NCBI GenBank assembly: GCA_037442925.1
Contig: JBBIPG010000005.1
Location: forward strand, 1 to 60,161
Length of the DNA: 60,161 bases
Direction: 5' to 3'
Source: Candidatus Fraserbacteria bacterium
GTDB lineage: Bacteria > Bipolaricaulota > Bipolaricaulia > RBG-16-55-9
The position numbers were made by a program, and so were the translations under genes. The notes under the pieces were generated by a model. It did no database searches. It was not told where the DNA came from and saw only the letters and a program-made list of their open reading frames with translations. This document shows positions 1 to 7,611 of the stretch, piece after piece (position 1 is the stretch's first letter; every line of letters starts with the position of its first letter).

Positions 1-1232
1 GGGATCTTTTCGAGGCCGGTCGGAGTCAAGCGCACCGTCGGATACCCGTTCTGGCGGATCTCGATCTCTCCAATGCGACCCTCATCCACCCTCAAGGTGA
101 GCACTCCATCGGCCAGCTGCTCCTTGGTGAACTTCGCCAAGAAGTATCCTTCTTTGCGGTACAAGCGGTAGACTCCTTGCAGAGCGGTCAATAGCTCATA
201 ATTGCTCACCGTCTTCTGAGGCAACGCGACCCGAGCGAGAAGATCCCCTTCGGAAAAGGCCGTATTCCCGACGAATTGGATCCCCTGGATCTCCTGAGAT
301 CCCTCGATGATCTGACGCGCGCGCAGACGCAGCACGAGCTTCACCTGATCCGGTGCGCTGCCCTTGTCGAACACCACGTCTTCGCTCCGCAAGGGCTCAA
401 AATAGACGGATTGTGAGATCTTCTGCAGCGCTTCTTGCATCTGTCGCAATTTCACCGGCCGTAGCAACGGCAGATCTGCCAGCACCTTAAGCGCCTCACT
501 CTTCAGGGGCTCTTCCAGCTCTGGAACCTCAAAGGCTTCGATCACGCCTTCCAAAACCCGGATCTTGAGCGTCTCCCCTGTGGACACCTCCCCAATCGTG
601 ACTAGGAAGTATTCCTTGCTCTTGTACTCGCTGCAGATGCTGGAAGCAGGAGGATTGGGAGCACATCCGCCGCCCTCTTGCACCCCCAGAGCGGCTCTCA
701 ACTTCTTGACATTCAAGACCTTGCCGCGTTCGATCTCATGTTCCTTGAGGATCTCCAGCATCCGCTCTGGAGTCACCAAATAATCCACAAAGGGCCAGCG
801 AAGGCTGAGGCCGATGATCGGAATATTCAGGCGGCGGTCTTCGTTCCAGTCCCGATTCCCTGTGATCTCGATCTTCTGAATCACGGGGTTCTCGGTCACG
901 TCCAGGATCACGACGATTCCGTCTTCGGCACGGCGATAATCGGCAACGGCACTCTCGAGGGTCCCTAGGTCCCCGAGCGCCAGCTCTGCCCGATGTAAGT
1001 CATCCGGCAGGGTGATCTCATCGCCTTCCTTAAAGGGCAGGGCTGACAGGATCTCTTTCGCGCTCACCTGCTGGTTCCCCTCGATTTGGATCTCGACGAC
1101 TCGCGTCTTCTCCGTCACTTCGGGAGTCTCTTGCGCTTGAGTGATCTGGGCGGGAGCCAGTGCGATCCCCCAGCCTGCTGCCACCAGCAAGAGCATCCCC
1201 CACAGCCTGAGTTTGTCGGTTTTTTGACCCAT
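1..1232 (-). CDS. POTRA-domain outer-membrane assembly factor (BamA/Omp85-like), 3' end runs off the window
   Basis: Not in the ORF track because it is open at the edge. Manual translation from ATG 1232 gives a signal peptide followed by POTRA-like repeats (VVEIQIEGNQQVSAKEILSALPFKEG...VILDVTENPVIQKIEITGN). Start abuts the comM stop. Confidence 0.8.
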   Translation of the reverse strand, partial: MGQKTDKLRLWGMLLLVAAGWGIALAPAQITQAQETPEVTEKTRVVEIQIEGNQQVSAKEILSALPFKEGDEITLPDDLHRAELALGDLGTLESAVADYRRAEDGIVVILDVTENPVIQKIEITGNRDWNEDRRLNIPIIGLSLRWPFVDYLVTPERMLEILKEHEIERGKVLNVKKLRAALGVQEGGGCAPNPPASSICSEYKSKEYFLVTIGEVSTGETLKIRVLEGVIEAFEVPELEEPLKSEALKVLADLPLLRPVKLRQMQEALQKISQSVYFEPLRSEDVVFDKGSAPDQVKLVLRLRARQIIEGSQEIQGIQFVGNTAFSEGDLLARVALPQKTVSNYELLTALQGVYRLYRKEGYFLAKFTKEQLADGVLTLRVDEGRIGEIEIRQNGYPTVRLTPTGLEKI

Positions 1233-2774
1233 TTACGCTCCTCCTTCAAGCATATCTAACGAACTGCGATACTGGACTGCTTCGGCTATATGGGCAGGCC
1301 CAATAGACTGAGATCCTTCGAGATCGGCGATCGTGCGCGCGACCTTGAGCACCCGGCTGTAAGCCCGCGCACTCAAATGGTAGCGATCGATGGCGTTCTC
1401 AAGTAACCCTTGGGCCTCTTGTTCCATGATACAATACTTCCGGATCTCTCGGATACCCATCTGCGCATTGACGTAGAGGTCTGTCCCCGAAAACCGCGCA
1501 CGCTGACGCTGGCGGGCCTGCTGGACCCGTTGGCGGATCTCGTCGGAGGACTCACCGGAGGGCTTGCCTAGAAGCTCTTCTTTGCGTAGTCGAGGCACTT
1601 CCACAAACAGATCGATGCGATCCAAGAAGGGACCCGAGATGCGCTTGCGATAGCGTCTGATGTCGATGGAACTGCAGCGACAGCGGTGGGTCGAATCCCC
1701 CCAATGCCCGCAGGGGCAGGGGTTCATGGCTGCCACAAGCGTGAAACTCGCCGGAAACGTCACGGCCATCGCCGCCCGTGAGATGGCGATCTGGTGCTCT
1801 TCCAGAGGCTGCCTGAGCGTCTCCAGCACCGCGCGCTCAAACTCCGGCAGCTCATCCAAGAACAATACGCCACAGTGGGCCAGGCTGATCTCCCCCGGCC
1901 GCGGCACGCCGTGCCCGCCTCCCACCATCCCCGCGTACGAGATGGTGTGATGGGGTGAGCGGAAGGGCCTCTGGGTGATAATGGGCTGCTCACGGGTGAG
2001 CAATCCCATGATGCTGTAGATCTTCGTGACCTCTAAAGCTTCTTCGAAGCTTAAGGGAGGGAGTATGGTGGGAAGCCTCTTCGAGAGCATGCTCTTGCCC
2101 GAGCCAGGGGGACCGATCATCAGGAGATTGTGGCCGCCGGCCGCGGCGATCTCTAACGCTCTTTTCGCTTGCTGTTGGCCGCGGATCTCATTCATGTCTA
2201 CCTCATAGCCCCGGTGCGTGCGGAAATAGCCCTCGTAGTCAAACCGGTAGGGAGCGAGTTGCCGTGAGCCATTTAGAAACTGGATGGCTTCTTCTAGGGT
2301 GTTCACGGCCCAGACATTCAGATGGTCCACGATGGCCGCTTCGTTCGCGTTGCCCTGCGAGAGGACGATCCCGTTGACCCCGGCACGGCGGGCGGCGAGC
2401 GACACGGGAAGGGCCCCTTTGACAGGGCGCAGCTCTCCATCTAGCGAGAGTTCCCCAAGCAGTAGATGATCGGAAAGGCGTTCGCTATCGAGCTGACCCG
2501 TAGCCTTAAGAATCGCCAACGCCAGCGGCAAATCAAGACCTACTCCTTCCTTCTTGATATCGGCCGGCGCCAGATTGACCGTGATGCGCTTGGCCGGAAA
2601 CTCATAGCCGGAGTTGCGAATGGCACTGCGAATGCGCTCGCGGCTCTCTTGGACCTCCTTCTCCGGCAGCCCCACGATGGTGAACGCCGGCAGCCCCGGC
2701 GAGATGTCGCACTGGACCTCTACCAGAGCGGCATCAATACCGATCACGGCACCGCTCAGTGCTTTGGCAAACAC
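1233..2774 (-). CDS. comM: YifB/ComM family Mg-chelatase-like AAA+ ATPase
   Basis: PAFTIVGLP, RITVNLAPADIKKEG, Walker A GPPGSGKS, RPFRSPHHT, AMNPCPCG; typical adjacency to yraN. Confidence 0.95.
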   Translation of the reverse strand: MFAKALSGAVIGIDAALVEVQCDISPGLPAFTIVGLPEKEVQESRERIRSAIRNSGYEFPAKRITVNLAPADIKKEGVGLDLPLALAILKATGQLDSERLSDHLLLGELSLDGELRPVKGALPVSLAARRAGVNGIVLSQGNANEAAIVDHLNVWAVNTLEEAIQFLNGSRQLAPYRFDYEGYFRTHRGYEVDMNEIRGQQQAKRALEIAAAGGHNLLMIGPPGSGKSMLSKRLPTILPPLSFEEALEVTKIYSIMGLLTREQPIITQRPFRSPHHTISYAGMVGGGHGVPRPGEISLAHCGVLFLDELPEFERAVLETLRQPLEEHQIAISRAAMAVTFPASFTLVAAMNPCPCGHWGDSTHRCRCSSIDIRRYRKRISGPFLDRIDLFVEVPRLRKEELLGKPSGESSDEIRQRVQQARQRQRARFSGTDLYVNAQMGIREIRKYCIMEQEAQGLLENAIDRYHLSARAYSRVLKVARTIADLEGSQSIGPAHIAEAVQYRSSLDMLEGGA

Positions 2775-2780
2775 GCTGGA

Positions 2781-3131
2781 TCATCCCTCAAGTGAGAAGG
2801 CGTTCTGATGGAGTCGTGCTGTCCCACGGGAGAGGGCCACGACATCAAAGCGCACAGGGAGCTTCGTGGGATGCTGCAGTAGATATCTTTGGGCGGTGCG
2901 AATCAGCTTGTGTTGCTTCTGGACATTGACAAACTCTTCCGGCAGCCCAAAGGCCTCAGAGCTACGGGCTTTCACTTCAACGAAGACCAAGAAATCACCA
3001 TCCCGCGCAATAAGATCGATCTCGCCCCCACGCCAACGGTAGTTCTCTTCGATGATCTGATAGCCGTGGCCTCGCAAGAAGTCTGCCGCTTGCTTCTCTC
3101 CTCGCTTGCCCCGCTCGAGAGATTTTCCCAT
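2781..3131 (-). CDS. yraN: YraN family (UPF0102) PD-(D/E)XK protein
   Basis: GEIDLIARDGDFLVFVEVKAR and RFDVV motifs; start moved to ATG 3131. Confidence 0.92.
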   Translation of the reverse strand: MGKSLERGKRGEKQAADFLRGHGYQIIEENYRWRGGEIDLIARDGDFLVFVEVKARSSEAFGLPEEFVNVQKQHKLIRTAQRYLLQHPTKLPVRFDVVALSRGTARLHQNAFSLEG

Positions 3132-3202
3132 AGTAAACAAATGCTTACTATCTTAACGAGTGGGCTTAGAGACTGTCAAGCGATGGCTTTTTCAGCGGAT
3201 TG

Positions 3203-3249
3203 CTCTGTCAACGGATATACAAACGGATTAGAGGATGCCCTTAGCTACA
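3203..3249. repeat. Half copy of the palindromic element at 5798-5878
   Basis: CTCTGTCAACGGAT at 3203-3216 is identical to 5797-5810; similarity continues (CGGATTA..GGATG.CC...GCTACA). Confidence 0.65.
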
Positions 3250-3277
3250 AGTTACTGGGGGTGCGTCAAACTGCTCT

Positions 3278-3583
3278 TTATTGGTTGTGCAAAGATGGTA
3301 CAGTCGAGTGGTCCGTCGGTGAAGGGCATAACCGGTGTCGCTTGAGAACATATTCAATGAACCCAACGTCCACCAGCGGATAGCGCTCCCCGTGTCGATC
3401 CAGCTTCAGGACAGCCGCCGAAAGCGCGGCGATGGCCTCGGGCGAGTTGACTTGCCGCGCAATGATGGCAGCGGTGATCTCCGAAGCCCGGTAGGTCCCA
3501 CAGCGGGGGCAATCGTAGGCCGGAGTCTCGCGCACAGAGCTGGTCTCGGGCACGGAGGCAGACTTACAGATGATGCAGTTCAT
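3278..3583 (-). CDS. Hypothetical zinc-ribbon protein (101 aa)
   Basis: CxxC...CPRCGTY; TGGTACTGT -10-like box 7 nt upstream of the ATG. Confidence 0.65.
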   Translation of the reverse strand: MNCIICKSASVPETSSVRETPAYDCPRCGTYRASEITAAIIARQVNSPEAIAALSAAVLKLDRHGERYPLVDVGFIEYVLKRHRLCPSPTDHSTVPSLHNQ

Positions 3584-3714
3584 GAGACAGACAGTACCAG
3601 GCCACCGCGCAAAAGGGTATGACCGGTGTACTTCGATTCTTAAGAAGTTGAGAGCCTAGAAGAGTGATGGAGTTCCCCCATCAGTATTCTGTTGAAGCTA
3701 TCGAAAACGACTGG

Positions 3715-3807
3715 TCATACCAATGAACGACGAGAGAACCTGAAAGACCGCACTGCGAGCACTAACAGAACCAACACTAAGACAATCCCGAGAATGATGT
3801 AGCGCAT
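3715..3807 (-). CDS. Putative 30-aa single-TM micropeptide
   Basis: Manual translation MRYIILGIVLVLVLLVLAVRSFRFSRRSLV; hydrophobic helix plus basic tail; no clear RBS. Confidence 0.4.
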   Translation of the reverse strand: MRYIILGIVLVLVLLVLAVRSFRFSRRSLV

Positions 3808-3846
3808 GTTTGGGAAAGGAACAGGGGCGATTGATTCAGAGCGCCT

Positions 3847-3957
3847 CTAAGCCTTGCGCTCCCGATCTTTACGAGCTTGATAACGAACCCAAAGGGCAAG
3901 GGCTCCAGCGGCTGCCAAAACGCCAGCGATCATCACTACAAGAGGCCACATGCTCAT
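3847..3957 (-). CDS. 36-aa single-TM microprotein (paralog of 7307-7420)
   Basis: MSMWPLVVMIAGVLAAAGALALWVRYQARKDRERKA; ATGA overlap with the upstream stop; GAGGTG RBS. Confidence 0.7.
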   Translation of the reverse strand: MSMWPLVVMIAGVLAAAGALALWVRYQARKDRERKA

Positions 3958-4154
3958 TCACCTCTTCCCCATTGTAACACAAAATAGCCCCAAATATAGA
4001 AGCCCGCCCATGCGATCGCACCCAGACCGGCCAGCCACCAGTTGAAGGGCTGTCCACTGAGGATCTGCCCGACGATAAGAGCTGCGAACGTAATATTCCC
4101 GGCATCCATGAGCTTGTCTGCCAACTTATCTGCGTACTCTTTCCAGGCGTTCAT
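3954..4154 (-). CDS. About 66-aa two-TM small membrane protein (paralog of 7417-7611)
   Basis: ADKLMDAGN...GQ...FNW motif shared with 7417-7611; alternative GTG start at 4160. Confidence 0.75.
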   Translation of the reverse strand: MNAWKEYADKLADKLMDAGNITFAALIVGQILSGQPFNWWLAGLGAIAWAGFYIWGYFVLQWGRGE

Positions 4155-4169
4155 TGTCACAGATCTTTG

Positions 4170-5729
4170 TTAGCTGCCCCCCGAAGATGGTTGCGTGGAT
4201 GGGGCAGGCTTCGGCGACGGAGGCGGCGGCTGTTCTGAGGTGTTCGTATCGTGGCGGTTGTTCTCTAGACGATTGTTCGCGAATTGATTGTCGCTGGATT
4301 GATGGACAAAGATGCCAAATTGGCTCTCGCGAATCCAGTTCTCTTTGATCACATTCGCCCCGCCCTGCTCCAAGAACACCCCGACCCAGTTGTTGCGAAT
4401 CTGATTCTGCAGCAGTGTGACTTTACGGCTGGCCTCCAGGCGAGCGCCGGACTCGCGGTTGCCTTCGAGCTGATTCCCGTTCAGTTCGTTCCCCGAGGAG
4501 TTTTGCAGCAGCACTCCGTGGCTGCCACTGGCCAAAATGAGATTTCTTAAGACACGAATGCCCTGCGAACCCATGACTGTAATGCCGCTCGCTTCTGTGC
4601 GTTCGATGCGATTGCCGGAGATCTCTATCTCCCGAGAATTCCAGACGTAGATGCCCCGGATAGTGTTTAGAAGCACGTTGTTTTGCAGTTTAGAGTTTTG
4701 CGTGTTCACGACCACGATCCCTTCCGCTCCGTTGCTCAAAGTCACCCCCTCGACTGTGATCCTCTCCGAGTTGACAAGAGCCACAAAGGCGGGCTGATCC
4801 CTGGAGCCAATAGTGATGTCTTTCTCTCCCACCAGATAATAAACAGCTCGACCGTCGATCGTGTTGCTCCGTTCGATGTCGTGAACGAATTGTCCCGGCA
4901 CATCGCCCCAGACGCGCAAGGAGCGGGGGTTCCGATCTATGCGATTGGCGCGTAACGTGTTTGCGTTGGAGGAGAGGATGACCAACCCCAAAGCATTTCT
5001 CTCACTCTGATTCCCTACTAGCTCATTCTGATCTGAGTACTCCAGAAAGATCCCTTCACTTTGATTTGCAAGTGTTCTATTGGTGCGTATCTCGTTTTCG
5101 CGTGAGCCTTTCAGTACCAGTCCTCGGGCGTTGCTCGTGACTTGATTGGACACGAGATGATTCTTGTGAGAGTTCTCGAGCAAGATGCCTGTATCGGCTT
5201 GAGAGATCTCGTTGTTCTGCAAGGTGCTCTCGTGGGCGTTGATCAAAGCAATGCCAGCTTGGCTGCTGTTAGAAATGCGATTGTCGATGAGATACGTTCT
5301 TCGCGTTTGCGAGACCAGAATCCCGTGGCTGCCACCGCGGATGACCAAGCCGCGCAGCTCTACGCCTTCGGCCCGAATCTCGATGGCAGGCCGTTGGGGA
5401 TCGGCAGCTACGATAGTGATAGGTCTAGGAGGAGCAGAGAAGATAGCGAAAGGCACTCCTCCAGAAGATCCTTGCGTAAAGAAGGCAAACGTGACGTGGG
5501 AGCGAGAGATCAAACGAATGGGTTTTGTAATGACTATGTTCTCGCGGTACTCGCCCGCCAGCAAGATGACAGTACAGCCGGGTTGCGCCACTCGAATTGC
5601 ATCCTGAACCCTTGGATAATCTGTTCCTGGCCCAGCGAGGAAACAGACCGGTGTAGTGAGAAACGCGGTGATAACAAGAGAAGTGAGCAAGAAAAATCCA
5701 CCAGCAACCCAGATCAGGACGTTCGTCAT
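4170..5729 (-). CDS. Exported right-handed parallel beta-helix (NosD/pectin-lyase-like) protein
   Basis: N-terminal TM, DYPRVQDAI start motif, many GIxLxxSxxNxIxxNxI repeats, Pro-rich tail. Confidence 0.85.
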   Translation of the reverse strand: MTNVLIWVAGGFFLLTSLVITAFLTTPVCFLAGPGTDYPRVQDAIRVAQPGCTVILLAGEYRENIVITKPIRLISRSHVTFAFFTQGSSGGVPFAIFSAPPRPITIVAADPQRPAIEIRAEGVELRGLVIRGGSHGILVSQTRRTYLIDNRISNSSQAGIALINAHESTLQNNEISQADTGILLENSHKNHLVSNQVTSNARGLVLKGSRENEIRTNRTLANQSEGIFLEYSDQNELVGNQSERNALGLVILSSNANTLRANRIDRNPRSLRVWGDVPGQFVHDIERSNTIDGRAVYYLVGEKDITIGSRDQPAFVALVNSERITVEGVTLSNGAEGIVVVNTQNSKLQNNVLLNTIRGIYVWNSREIEISGNRIERTEASGITVMGSQGIRVLRNLILASGSHGVLLQNSSGNELNGNQLEGNRESGARLEASRKVTLLQNQIRNNWVGVFLEQGGANVIKENWIRESQFGIFVHQSSDNQFANNRLENNRHDTNTSEQPPPPSPKPAPSTQPSSGGS

Positions 5730-5769
5730 GATACCCTACTTATTCCTAAGGAAGATGAGTGAAATGGTC

Positions 5770-5816
5770 GGTGACGGGGATCACGGCGGGGGGGGTCTCT
5801 GTCAACGGATCGCAAG
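5770..5816. repeat. Imperfect direct repeat, copy A (left of TA module)
   Basis: GGTGACGGGGATCACGGCGGGGG...TG.CAA..GATCGCAAG matches 6459-6501. Confidence 0.8.
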
Positions 5817-5878
5817 CGGATTAACGGATGGCCAGGCTACAGCTCATCCGTTCATCTGCCATCTCTTCCGTTGACAGA
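5798..5878. repeat. 81-bp nested palindrome (REP/MITE-like)
   Basis: TCTGTCAACGGA (5798-5809) pairs with TCCGTTGACAGA (5867-5878); inner AACGGATG (5823-30) pairs with CATCCGTT (5845-52). Confidence 0.8.
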
Positions 5879-5923
5879 TCGTTGCAATTGGTGGTGCCTA
5901 GAGTAGAGAGTATAATGAGCAAG

Positions 5924-6238
5924 ATGCCTGAGATCTTATTCATCGTGCCAACGCCTCTGGGCTTTTCTGTACGAACAACTAGGGAGTACTGGGAACTCAT
6001 CCAGCACAAACATCCCGAAATCGTTGGGAAAGAAGCCGAAGTGCAACAGTGCCTTCAGCAGCCAGCTGTGATCCGCCGTAGCACGCAAGATCCTACGGTA
6101 TACTTGTTCTATATCTCAGTCCCGCCTTATCATCTAGCTGTGGTCGTCAAGCGGCTGGATGGGGAAGGCTTCATTATCACCAGCTACTTAACGGATCAGC
6201 TCAAGGAAGGAGAGACGATATGGCCCACATCCGCGTGA
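5924..6238 (+). CDS. Putative type II toxin (DUF4258/RelE-like)
   Basis: TPLGFSVRTT..YW..I..KHP and GFIITSYLTD motifs; overlaps a DUF2283-like gene; TATAAT 7 nt upstream. Confidence 0.75.
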   Translation: MPEILFIVPTPLGFSVRTTREYWELIQHKHPEIVGKEAEVQQCLQQPAVIRRSTQDPTVYLFYISVPPYHLAVVVKRLDGEGFIITSYLTDQLKEGETIWPTSA

Positions 6239-6438
6239 TCCACGATCCCGTCGGTGAGACGCTCACCGTCTACTGGAAAGAGCCCTCAGCAGAACAGATC
6301 TGTGAGGAAACGGGCGAAGGGGTGATCTTGATCAAGGATCGCAGAACTCAAGAGGTCATCGGCTTTGAGCGGCTTTACTACCGTCCTGAAGTCAAGGGAC
6401 AGGCTGTGACCGTGGAAACCATAGAAGCAGCTCGCTAG
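6220..6438 (+). CDS. Putative antitoxin, DUF2283-like
   Basis: HDPVGETLTVYW...EETGEGVILIKD...VIGFERL; typical DUF4258-DUF2283 pairing. Confidence 0.75.
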   Translation: MAHIRVIHDPVGETLTVYWKEPSAEQICEETGEGVILIKDRRTQEVIGFERLYYRPEVKGQAVTVETIEAAR

Positions 6439-6458
6439 TTCCTTTTCCCGTCTTCGTT

Positions 6459-6501
6459 GGTGACGGGATCACGGCGGGGGGACGTGCCAATAGATCGCAA
6501 G
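6459..6501. repeat. Imperfect direct repeat, copy B (right of TA module)
   Basis: GGTGACGGGATCACGGCGGGGG...TGCCAATAGATCGCAAG. Confidence 0.8.
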
Positions 6502-6542
6502 ACCACTCGGTCCCTGAATTCAATTCATGCTATAATGATTTG

Positions 6543-7310
6543 GTGATCGCTATGCGCGTGGTTCGATGCCTGTGCCGTTTCATGCTGGCAGCAGTACTGA
6601 CTGTCCTGCTAGGGTCAAACATCCCTGCCCAGACCGCAACTCAGAGCTTTTCCGACAGCTTTCACAGCAATACTCTCGATCGATCTCACTGGGTCATTGG
6701 AAAAGTCAATGCTCAAGGAGAAGCCATCCCAACCCAGGAAGGCCTGCGTCTTACGCTCTCCGTCCGCAACGTAGCGCAATTCTTTGCCCTCACTGCGTGG
6801 CTCAACTGTCGTATTCCCGGAGATTTCGATGCCCAAGTGGACTACCGCGTGGTGGACTGGCCTTACGCGAGCGGAATTCGCTTGGGACTGGGTGCCCACC
6901 CTAACCCACTGCCTTTAGGTTCGACCAGCCTTCATGGCTTATCCGGTGATGTCCGAGGTCTGCGCACCGTCATCTCCGAACGAATCAGTCTCCAAGCGGG
7001 AGCCGTGACAACTCACACCACCGGTGGGGAATTCTACACAGCTGAACTCAACGGCCGACAGGACAGACTCATCGCCACCTCGGATCGCTCCGGCAAGCTC
7101 AGAGTCACCCGCGTCCAGAATGACTTCACGGCGTGGTATTGGGATATCGGAAGCCGTGTCTGGATTCCCACCGGCCGCTTCAGCTTAAGCCCTCAAGTGA
7201 AAGATAGCGAATGGCTTGCACTCCAGCTCTGGGGGTACAACCAGAGTCCGAACATCACGGTCATCGTGGAAGACTTCTCCGTGAGCGCTCCGACCCTCAG
7301 TTGTCCTTAG
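6543..7310 (+). CDS. Secreted hypothetical protein, possible ConA-like beta-sandwich
   Basis: Signal peptide; GDFDAQVDY and GKLRVTRV..FTAWYW motifs; TGCTATAAT just upstream; alternative ATG at 6552. Confidence 0.7.
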   Translation: MIAMRVVRCLCRFMLAAVLTVLLGSNIPAQTATQSFSDSFHSNTLDRSHWVIGKVNAQGEAIPTQEGLRLTLSVRNVAQFFALTAWLNCRIPGDFDAQVDYRVVDWPYASGIRLGLGAHPNPLPLGSTSLHGLSGDVRGLRTVISERISLQAGAVTTHTTGGEFYTAELNGRQDRLIATSDRSGKLRVTRVQNDFTAWYWDIGSRVWIPTGRFSLSPQVKDSEWLALQLWGYNQSPNITVIVEDFSVSAPTLSCP

Positions 7311-7420
7311 CGCTTGTGCTCTCGGCGCTTGCGGAAATCCCGAACGATCGTGGGCAGGGTGAAGGCTAAGGCAGCCAGCGCAATCAGACCGAGCAACGCT
7401 ACCCCTGGCCAAATGTTCAT
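7307..7420 (-). CDS. 37-aa single-TM microprotein (paralog of 3847-3957)
   Basis: MNIWPGVALLGLIALAALAFTLPTIVRDFRKRREHKR; ATGA overlap with the upstream stop. Confidence 0.7.
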   Translation of the reverse strand: MNIWPGVALLGLIALAALAFTLPTIVRDFRKRREHKR

Positions 7421-7611
7421 CGTCTCGCTCCCTCGCCTTCTAAGAGCCAGAAGGCTGCAGCATAGCATAACACCCAAATGGCTCCTCCAGCAACTGTCCA
7501 TACCCAGTTGAACTCCTTCGCCAGGAACTGCCCCAAGAGCAGAGCACCTACGGCCAAATTCCCCACTTCCATCAACTTATCCGCAAACGCTTCGCGCTGG
7601 CGTTGATTCAT
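7417..7611 (-). CDS. 64-aa two-TM small membrane protein (paralog of 3954-4154)
   Basis: ADKLMEVGN...GQ...FNW; ATGA overlap with the ftsI stop. Confidence 0.75.
   Translation of the reverse strand: MNQRQREAFADKLMEVGNLAVGALLLGQFLAKEFNWVWTVAGGAIWVLCYAAAFWLLEGEGARR

Noticed and set aside
565-968. Plus-strand ORFs of 72 and 96 aa
   Set aside because: Antisense shadows of the POTRA gene that the track missed because it is open at the window edge
3131-7611. Bona fide integron, prophage or integrative element
   Set aside because: No integrase or phage genes; the hairpins do not clearly show canonical attC R/L box spacing, so they are kept only as a hypothesis
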